DNA from: Candidatus Helarchaeota ASGARD archaeon Hel_GB_B
Lineage (GTDB): Archaea; Asgardarchaeota; Lokiarchaeia; Helarchaeales; HEL-GB-B
NCBI GenBank assembly: GCA_005191425.1
Contig: SUPR01000139.1
Span: 1-7,057, forward strand
DNA: 7,057 bases
Direction of reading: 5' to 3'
Part shown: positions 1-6,726 of the stretch, piece by piece
Layout: each line of letters begins with the position of its first letter
Numbering within the stretch: the first letter of the stretch is position 1
Made by a program: the position numbers and the translations under genes
The notes under the pieces: model-generated
The model's input: only the letters and a program-made list of their open reading frames with translations
What the model was told of the DNA's origin: nothing
Database searches by the model: none

Positions 1-38
1 TTAATAATTTTAACATAAAAATATAAAAAAAATTGAAA

Positions 39-248
39 CTATTTAGAATATGTCTTGATAAACATTTCAAAAGACCGATCATAGGTTTTTTCAACTTCTG
101 GAGGAAAACAACAAGCGGGTAATTCCCTACGGCTCAAATGATATTTTATACATTCACAACATTTTCCTCTTTTCGAGCATGAGAAGTATGTACAAGGGCA
201 ATTAGCTTTATTTTCTTCAATATTACATTTCATTAAGTCCACACTCAT
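39..248 (-). CDS. Small Cys-rich protein, DUF6485-like, probably metal-binding
   Basis: 69 aa with 9 Cys in the pattern C-x8-CPC-x4-C-x5-CCEC-x3-H-x8-CC, followed by the tail [13 protein letters not shown]. This matches my recollection of the DUF6485 family. Its ATG overlaps the upstream TGA (ATGA at 245..248). Confidence 0.75.
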   Translation of the reverse strand: MSVDLMKCNIEENKANCPCTYFSCSKRGKCCECIKYHLSRRELPACCFPPEVEKTYDRSFEMFIKTYSK

Positions 249-2896
249 TCAAGATGTATTTTTATTGTTTTTATTTCATATTTGTGAATTTGAAAAGATA
301 AAGAATTTTGGTCAAAATATTTTAAAGGTTTCGGGTTTAGTTCTAACAAATCTACTTCTTCCGCATTTTTAACCTGGAAAAGATCTGAAAAAGTTATTTT
401 GCAATCACTTTGTATTCCTGCCGTTTCATAAACTCTTAGAATAAATGATCCATCTTCATCCTCACATTTTTTTAAAGCACTTAAAATGATATTATCAGGT
501 TCAATTGAAATAAATTTTATTGGTAATTTAATTCCGTGGTGATTTTTATTAACAATCCAAGCCTCGGTAGAAATATTAAATTCTATTCCTTTTTTATATG
601 ATTTGGCGTCTATCCAATTTCCCTTATGAATATATAATGCATAATCTACTGAAAAATTAACTTGGTCATGAAATTTTTTTGATGGAATAATACTACCCAA
701 TGGACTTCCTTTGGGTGGATATTTTGGTACTCTTAAAATTGACATTCTAATAATATTTTTTAATTTTGGGTCATATTTTACATCAAAACCATATCTTGAT
801 CTATTTATAAGTGTTACTCCAAATTCGTTATTTGAAACATCAAGCCATCGCTGTGAAGGTATTTCAAACTTCGCAGATTGAGCAGAATTTTCGGGCATTG
901 TGGAACGACTTATGATACCAAATGGAATTTCGCAATTGACTGTGTCTGATTCTACATCTACTGGGAATGCAACTTTTACAAAGTTCCATTTCTCGTAAAA
1001 TTCCAGATTTATATTAAAATCTATTAAATCTGCATTTGAATATAGCATTATTGATTGTTTTATTTTTGAATTTTTAATTCTTTTATTAATTTCAATTTTA
1101 AGTCTTATAGGGCCTTTCTCTCGAATTATTATCGAATCTAAGAATATTTCCTGAGGTCTTTGAAAGTAATTTTTATCTAAATTCCATGCGGTAAATCCTA
1201 CATTTCCAAATTTCTCTTTAAATATTTGTAGTTCATTACCTTCCGATGTTAAAATTTCTCGATTTAAATTTTTGTGAAAAATACTTTTGATATTTCCCGA
1301 TTTTTTATTAATTTTTAATTTAATAAATTGATTTTCAAGAATAATCTCTTTTTCATTCTCTTCTAAAATTAAATCTGTCTTAAATTCCGGAATTTGGTCT
1401 GTTTTTTCTAGTTTAAGTAAAGTCAATCCTAAAGATGGCAGATCTGGTGTTGTAAATATATATTCGCCATTTTCCAAAATTTGAATTGGAATAATATTGT
1501 TATTTTTATCTCTTATTAAATATTTATCGTTAAGTTTTAATGATAAATTCATAGATCTTGACCAATTTAATGGATTAAAGACCAAGATACCATTTTGTAA
1601 TTCTAAGTTATCTTTAATTGTTTCTAAAGCTAATTTTATTATTTCATTACAACTTTTTTTAATGACTTCAAAATCGTGTTTTGTATCTTTATATACTTCT
1701 GGTATTGCTGATCCTGGCAAAATGTCATGAAATTGATTAAATAATAAACGTTTATAGAGATTAGTTATCTTTTTTTGTGGATAAACAAATCCAAATTTAG
1801 TTGCAATGGACGAAAAAATTTCAGTCTTATATAAAAGCTGTTCTGCATTTCTATTTTCGGTTTTAATCCAGGAATGTGAAGTATAACATCCCCTATGAAA
1901 TTCTAAATACATTTCATCATTCCAAATTGGTATTTTATCTTTATATTTTTTTAATATTTTGAAAAATTCTTCCATTGTAATAAATCCTTTTACAACATTT
2001 TGCCTATACAGCTCTTTAAAAAATATAATTTCGGACCTTACAGGCCCACCACCCCCATCTCCTAAACCATAAACAAGACCAAATTCTCGCATATATTCTT
2101 TACCTTTTAATTTTTCAACTTTATTAAACCCATCTTTATATGTAAATACTTGATTTGGCTTATCAAACAGTCTACTTATTTTGGTAAATTCACCTAAATT
2201 TGGGTTCTGAAAAAGTACATTTACTGAATATGAAAATGTATATGTCATTACTTTTGACCCATCAGGACTTTGCCAATAAAATAGTATAAATGGCCAATTA
2301 TTAGTATCATTCCATTGCATTTTATTTGTATAAAAATATTCTGAACCACTCTTTTTCAAAATCTGTGGTAATGTCCAACAATATCCAAATGTATCACTTA
2401 ACCATCCAACTTTACTTAATTTTCCAAATTTTTCAAGATAATATCTCTGACCATATAGCCTTTGTCTTACTAAAGATTCACCGTTCGGTATTATTACATC
2501 TGGCTCAATCCACATCCCTCCAACTAACTCAATCCTCCCTTCTGATACATATTTTTTAATTTCCTCAAATTTTTGCGGATAATATTTTTCCATCCAATAA
2601 AAATATTGGGGAGAAGAACATGAAAATTTGAAAAATGGATAATCCTTTAAGTGTTTTAAAGCATTTGAAAATGTTATATCGTTTTTTCGCACTGTTTCTT
2701 TCCAAGTCCAGAGCCAGCAAGCATCTAAATGACTCTGACCAATCATATATATGTCATGCTTTTTATAATTAAATCCAAAAAATTTACTTATAATTTTCCA
2801 ACCCATTTTAACTGGGACATAAAAAATACCAAGATTGTCCATCCATTTTCCAATTCTCTCTATTTTCTTATTATTTAAAATATCCATTATGTCCAT
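245..2896 (-). CDS. Glycoside hydrolase family 38 (class II) alpha-mannosidase, cytosolic Ams1/MAN2C1-like type
   Basis: 883 aa with the GH38 motifs in order: SHLDACWLW (metal ligands H56/D58), [18 protein letters not shown] (nucleophile D168), [10 protein letters not shown] (acid/base D280), [19 protein letters not shown] (H390), and C-terminal beta domains ([29 protein letters not shown]). No signal peptide seen. Confidence 0.95.
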   Translation of the reverse strand: MDIMDILNNKKIERIGKWMDNLGIFYVPVKMGWKIISKFFGFNYKKHDIYMIGQSHLDACWLWTWKETVRKNDITFSNALKHLKDYPFFKFSCSSPQYFYWMEKYYPQKFEEIKKYVSEGRIELVGGMWIEPDVIIPNGESLVRQRLYGQRYYLEKFGKLSKVGWLSDTFGYCWTLPQILKKSGSEYFYTNKMQWNDTNNWPFILFYWQSPDGSKVMTYTFSYSVNVLFQNPNLGEFTKISRLFDKPNQVFTYKDGFNKVEKLKGKEYMREFGLVYGLGDGGGGPVRSEIIFFKELYRQNVVKGFITMEEFFKILKKYKDKIPIWNDEMYLEFHRGCYTSHSWIKTENRNAEQLLYKTEIFSSIATKFGFVYPQKKITNLYKRLLFNQFHDILPGSAIPEVYKDTKHDFEVIKKSCNEIIKLALETIKDNLELQNGILVFNPLNWSRSMNLSLKLNDKYLIRDKNNNIIPIQILENGEYIFTTPDLPSLGLTLLKLEKTDQIPEFKTDLILEENEKEIILENQFIKLKINKKSGNIKSIFHKNLNREILTSEGNELQIFKEKFGNVGFTAWNLDKNYFQRPQEIFLDSIIIREKGPIRLKIEINKRIKNSKIKQSIMLYSNADLIDFNINLEFYEKWNFVKVAFPVDVESDTVNCEIPFGIISRSTMPENSAQSAKFEIPSQRWLDVSNNEFGVTLINRSRYGFDVKYDPKLKNIIRMSILRVPKYPPKGSPLGSIIPSKKFHDQVNFSVDYALYIHKGNWIDAKSYKKGIEFNISTEAWIVNKNHHGIKLPIKFISIEPDNIILSALKKCEDEDGSFILRVYETAGIQSDCKITFSDLFQVKNAEEVDLLELNPKPLKYFDQNSLSFQIHKYEIKTIKIHLE

Positions 2897-2903
2897 TTTT
2901 AAT

Positions 2904-2908
2904 ACCCT
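2904..2908 (-). promoter_or_regulatory. Shine-Dalgarno-like site of the GH38 gene
   Basis: AGGGT on the minus strand, 7 nt before the ATG at 2896, in otherwise AT-rich DNA. Confidence 0.4.
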
Positions 2909-3149
2909 GCTTCTTTTTGTAAAATGATTTGCAATAAATTTCAGTTTTAATTAATTTTTTGAATTTACATTCAAATTCAATTTTATTTTATTAATTAACT
3001 ATAAATTTTCTAATTTCCTAATTAAATCTTTATTTTTATATCCATTTTTTGATTTATCTTGTAAAAATATTTTTAAAGATTTAGAAAAAAGTTATTTTTT
3101 GACTATTTAATTTGAATTGAAATTGGGTATCAAAAAATAGGTAAATGAA

Positions 3150-3941
3150 ATGAATTTTTGGAATTTAGGTCTTTTAAATTATCTAATCTTGAGGTTTCAA
3201 TTTGAATTTTTTATATTTATGACAATTTTTAATTTCTCATTAATAGTTTTTAATTCTGTTTCATTAGGATTATTGATATATATTAATGTGTTAAAATTTA
3301 AGATTTTTAAATATAATCCATATAAGACATTTCCTGTATGTTTATTAGCAATTTTCTTGGGATTAAATTCTATTATTTGGATTGATATCTATTTTGTTTT
3401 AGGAATTCCTAGCAATTTCCTTTTATTAAGTCAAATATGGACTTCTATTTTTATCAATATGTTCTTTGCTCTCTATACAATCCTTGTTTGGAAGAGTAAA
3501 ATTCTCCAAAGTATCGTAATTCATATTAATATGTTATTAAATTCAACATATCTTACACTTGCTGTTCTGGACGACTTAGAACTACGTCAAATATATTCTT
3601 ATTTCAGTATATTTGTTGCTTTAATAGTTACTATATTATTTGTTCTATTTATTAAAATAAAACAATTTGCTCCAGCTCCAGGAACTATTCCCAATTCTCT
3701 TGAAAAATGCGTATCTATTTATATTAATGTCCTAAAAAATAAAAAAGAAAAAATATTCCTAGACCAGTTATCTATGTCTGATAATAGTTTCGTTAGAAAT
3801 CATGCACTTAAAACTCTTTATCTATTTGACAATAAAAAAATAACAAAAAATAACTTAAGAAATAACTTATTTTTGCTTATTTTAATCGATAACAATATTC
3901 CGACAGGTAAATTTAGAAAAATATATTATAAGAAAAAATAG
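3150..3941 (+). CDS. Hypothetical integral membrane protein (~5 TM helices) with a ~95-aa basic C-terminal soluble tail
   Basis: Hydrophobic stretches at roughly aa 20-48, 61-86, 90-114, 118-140 and 148-168, then a Lys-rich tail. AGGT at 3139..3142 precedes the ATG at 3150. An alternative start is the ATG at 3219. Confidence 0.75.
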   Translation: MNFWNLGLLNYLILRFQFEFFIFMTIFNFSLIVFNSVSLGLLIYINVLKFKIFKYNPYKTFPVCLLAIFLGLNSIIWIDIYFVLGIPSNFLLLSQIWTSIFINMFFALYTILVWKSKILQSIVIHINMLLNSTYLTLAVLDDLELRQIYSYFSIFVALIVTILFVLFIKIKQFAPAPGTIPNSLEKCVSIYINVLKNKKEKIFLDQLSMSDNSFVRNHALKTLYLFDNKKITKNNLRNNLFLLILIDNNIPTGKFRKIYYKKK

Positions 3942-4291
3942 TAGATAATTAATCCTATACTCATTCTTTAATATTTCAATTTTTCGTAATAAGAATTTAT
4001 TGAATATTGCATTTTTAAATGTTATAATAATTTATCAGATAGAATATCAGCTTAAAACTTGAATTTTAACTTTTATAAATTCTAAAAAATTTCCGTTGGC
4101 TCAAACACCAGCCAAGATATTATTAAAATGAGTTTAGAAATATTAAACAGATTTAAAGAATAAATAAAAAAATGAAATAATAAATAAATACAAAATAATA
4201 TTTAACTAATTTAATAAATATTAAATACATGGAAATATCTTAATGTAGAAAATTAATGTGATTATAAAAAAAAAGTTTTAAATGAACCACC

Positions 4292-5212
4292 TTGAGTAAG
4301 AAAACGCAATTAAAAGTATTAATAATGGGCTTAAGGTCTGCAGGTAAAACGACACTAGTCAAGAATGTATTTGAAGGCAAGGAGTGGGATGAAATAAAAA
4401 ATTTAGAGCCTACTGAATTTGTAGAAACTGTCCAATACAAGTACCGTGGGCTGTTAAAAGTGACTATCTTTGATGCGGGTGGTCAAAAACAATTTATTTA
4501 TTCATACTTTACAGATTTATGGAGTAATAAAATATTCAGTGGAGTAGGCGTATTTATTTGGGTTATTGATTCATCTAATCCCGAATTATTTAATGAAGCC
4601 AAGCAAGAATTAAAAAAAGCTTTAAAATTTTTGAATGACTACAGTCCAAATGCCCGTAAATTCTTGATTGCAAGTAAATATGACCGTCATAAAATGTCAT
4701 TAGACCAAATTAGGATGGAATTTAAGGATATAAACTTAGATGAGGTATCAGCCACAAGTATACCCCTTGGAATTGCAAGAGAAATTATCTGTACAATAAT
4801 TGATTACTCTTTAATGGATATGTTTGATACACAAATTAAAAAATTAGAAAAGATTTTAGCTAAATTCAATAAAAATGAAAATGCATTAATGAGTATGTTA
4901 GTTAATAAAAATGATGGTCTTGAAATTGCATCCGCTATAAGTATTAAAAAAATTAATCCTAAATTAAAATATCTATCAATGAAAACTTTATATACTCCAA
5001 TGGAAAAAGCGCATTCAATCTTTTCATCTTTAAAGCAAGAAACTTGTGATTTCTTAGTTTCTCATTTAGGTGATTATTTCATAGTAGTTTTTAATCTTAA
5101 TCAAAAAATTGTTCAAATTTCAGTCCTCGAAGAACGAAATTTTAAAATAGCCTCAATGTTAAAAAGGCTTGAAGCAATGAAATCTCAAGTTTTAGAATGT
5201 ATTGAAACATAA
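4292..5212 (+). CDS. Rag/Gtr1-like small GTPase with C-terminal roadblock/LAMTOR-type domain
   Basis: G1 GLRSAGKT (aa 13-20), G2 T41, G3 DAGGQ (61-65), G4 SKYD (128-131), G5-like ATSI. Rag-typical segments are GGQ..F...YF, IFSGVGVFIWVID and SPNA.KF. From ~aa 182 a roadblock start follows (LEKILAKF...MSMLVNKNDGLEIASA). The start codon is TTG. Confidence 0.88.
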   Translation: MSKKTQLKVLIMGLRSAGKTTLVKNVFEGKEWDEIKNLEPTEFVETVQYKYRGLLKVTIFDAGGQKQFIYSYFTDLWSNKIFSGVGVFIWVIDSSNPELFNEAKQELKKALKFLNDYSPNARKFLIASKYDRHKMSLDQIRMEFKDINLDEVSATSIPLGIAREIICTIIDYSLMDMFDTQIKKLEKILAKFNKNENALMSMLVNKNDGLEIASAISIKKINPKLKYLSMKTLYTPMEKAHSIFSSLKQETCDFLVSHLGDYFIVVFNLNQKIVQISVLEERNFKIASMLKRLEAMKSQVLECIET

Positions 5213-5258
5213 AAAATTATAATTATTCTTAAAAAGTTCTATATTATTTGTTTAAAAA

Positions 5259-5732
5259 TTAACCGTTTCTGTTTTCTTCTTTTTTCCCAGTACCAAAAAA
5301 TTCCTTCATTTCTTGAATTAATGCAGCGCGGATTGAAGTTGGCTCTTTTGTTCTTTTTATTTCATCTTTTGGAATTGGTTTTAACAATTTGCTACGAAAT
5401 GACTTGATTTCATTTTCATCTGGAGCTACGGTCATCGTTGTTGCATTGGACTTAACGGTAATAATTCTATTTTCTTCATTTTCAATTTTTATCTCTTGTA
5501 AACCTGATTTTGTAATTTCTGATTGTTGCTTATATTTTAATTGCTCAGAAATATCATTTAAATATGTATTATAACTATTAAACGCTTCAGTAACTTCCCT
5601 GCTCCAATCTTCCAGTCTAGAAATTCTATCATCTAAATCTAAAAAATTTTTTTCTAACATTCCAAGTGCATTTATTATCATCATAATAAATTTTTCCATT
5701 TTTTCTGTGGACAAATTCTCATTTTCAGACAT
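5259..5732 (-). CDS. Hypothetical protein: N-terminal coiled-coil helix, low-complexity linker, C-terminal WH2/beta-thymosin-like motif and amphipathic helix
   Basis: 157-aa ORF with ATG start and SD-like GAGATGA at 5740..5746. Heptad-like helix at aa 12-66. The CDS is well supported; the functional call is inference. Confidence 0.8.
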   Translation of the reverse strand: MSENENLSTEKMEKFIMMIINALGMLEKNFLDLDDRISRLEDWSREVTEAFNSYNTYLNDISEQLKYKQQSEITKSGLQEIKIENEENRIITVKSNATTMTVAPDENEIKSFRSKLLKPIPKDEIKRTKEPTSIRAALIQEMKEFFGTGKKEENRNG

Positions 5733-6096
5733 TTGATTTTCATCTCAAATAAATTATTACTAAATATTTCATATTAAAATTTTTTACAAAAATTTTGATA
5801 AAAATGCGCTTTTAATTTATTTTTTAATAAGACCAATCCCAACGGTAAATTTTAAACCCTAATTTTTGTAGCATTCACCATAAATTATAAAATATATTCA
5901 TTAGGAATTAACCATTAAATTTTAAAAATTCATTGGTTTAGCGCAGAAAATATTTACAAAATAATTTATAGGCAAAAAATACACAATTTAGAAAATTTCA
6001 ATTGTTATAAAAATTTTAACAAATGATAAAAGTTTTTTAAAAGTTAAAATGATATTAATTAAGCTTAATTAATTTATTTTTTATAATTTAAATTCC

Positions 6097-6101
6097 GAGG
6101 T
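6097..6101 (+). promoter_or_regulatory. Shine-Dalgarno site of the PAS gene, with a possible TATA box (TTTATAAT, ~6080..6087) upstream
   Basis: GAGGT lies 7 nt before the ATG at 6109. The TATA call is weak because the DNA is very AT-rich. Confidence 0.5.
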
Positions 6102-6108
6102 TTAAAAA

Positions 6109-6513
6109 ATGATTGGAAAAATCCCTGAAGACATGTTAGAAATAGTTCTTGAAACAATACCAATTGAATTTTCAATAGTAGATAAAGATGATAAAGTATT
6201 TGCTTGGAATAAACATGAAACTCGTCTATTTAAAAGACCTCTTTCAGTAATCGGAAAAGATGTCCATAATTGTCATCCTAAAAAAAGTGTTCATAAAGTA
6301 GAACAAATTTTACGTGAAATGAAGGAAGGAAAAAGGGATAAAGCTCGATTTTGGATTGAACTTTCTCTCGACCCATCTCAAAAAAAGCAAAAAGTTCTTA
6401 TTGAATATTATGCACTACGCGATTCCAATGGAAATTATGTCGGATGTTTAGAAGCGACACAGAATATTACAGAAATTCAAGGACTAAAAGGAGAAAAAAG
6501 GTTATTAGATTAA
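6109..6513 (+). CDS. Stand-alone PAS domain protein (PAS_10 type, like the C-terminal PAS of DUF438 proteins)
   Basis: LETIPIEFSIVDKDDKVFAWN, R..SVIGKDVHNCHP, FWI and IEYYALRDSNGNYVGCLEATQNIT match the PAS_10 pattern, including the NCHP motif and the terminal PAC-like strands. Confidence 0.88.
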   Translation: MIGKIPEDMLEIVLETIPIEFSIVDKDDKVFAWNKHETRLFKRPLSVIGKDVHNCHPKKSVHKVEQILREMKEGKRDKARFWIELSLDPSQKKQKVLIEYYALRDSNGNYVGCLEATQNITEIQGLKGEKRLLD

Positions 6514-6667
6514 GTATATCCCCCTATTTTTTTCTTTATAAACTCAAATTATTAGTGAATTTAACTTAATCTTTTTATTGGTGTATTTTTTCTTAATGTT
6601 TACTATAAAATTAATTTAAAAATTATAACATAGTTAATGTCTATTAAATTAATTGATTAAAATAAAA

Positions 6668-6697
6668 AATATGGGATTAATTAATATGGGATTAATT
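6668..6697. repeat. Perfect 15-bp tandem duplication (AATATGGGATTAATT x2)
   Basis: Read directly: 6668..6682 and 6683..6697 are identical. Confidence 0.9.
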
Positions 6698-6726
6698 ATG
6701 AAAACAAATGATTAAATAGAAAATTT

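Noticed and set aside
1497-1730. 77-aa plus-strand ORF
   Set aside because: Antisense shadow inside the well-supported GH38 gene, with no recognisable motif.
2326-2559. 77-aa plus-strand ORF
   Set aside because: Antisense shadow over the GH38 catalytic domain.
3675-3692. APGTIP hexapeptide in the membrane protein, also present in my recollection of human WASH1
   Set aside because: A six-residue match in an otherwise unrelated membrane protein is not significant.
3970-4008. Imperfect inverted repeat AATATTTCAAT...ATTGAATATT downstream of the membrane-protein gene
   Set aside because: Almost all A/T and needs a bulge, so it is too weak to call a terminator.
4128-4163. Mini-ORF MSLEILNRFKE after the palindrome
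   Set aside because: Only 11 codons with no SD, which is expected by chance in AT-rich DNA.
4286-4291. ACCACC directly before the GTPase TTG, resembling a Kozak context
   Set aside because: A single 6-nt instance, and other genes here use SD-like sites, so there is no basis for scanning-type initiation.
4240-4440. 66-aa minus-strand ORF
   Set aside because: Antisense to the GTPase P-loop region, with no independent support.
245-5212. A lysosome/vacuole-like theme linking the GH38 mannosidase (Ams1-like) and the Rag GTPase
   Set aside because: The genes are on opposite strands and separated by another gene and long intergenic gaps. The link rests only on eukaryotic analogy.
5389-5574. 61-aa hydrophobic plus-strand ORF
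   Set aside because: Antisense to the 157-aa gene. Its hydrophobicity is the expected mirror of Lys/Glu/Asn-rich codons on the other strand.
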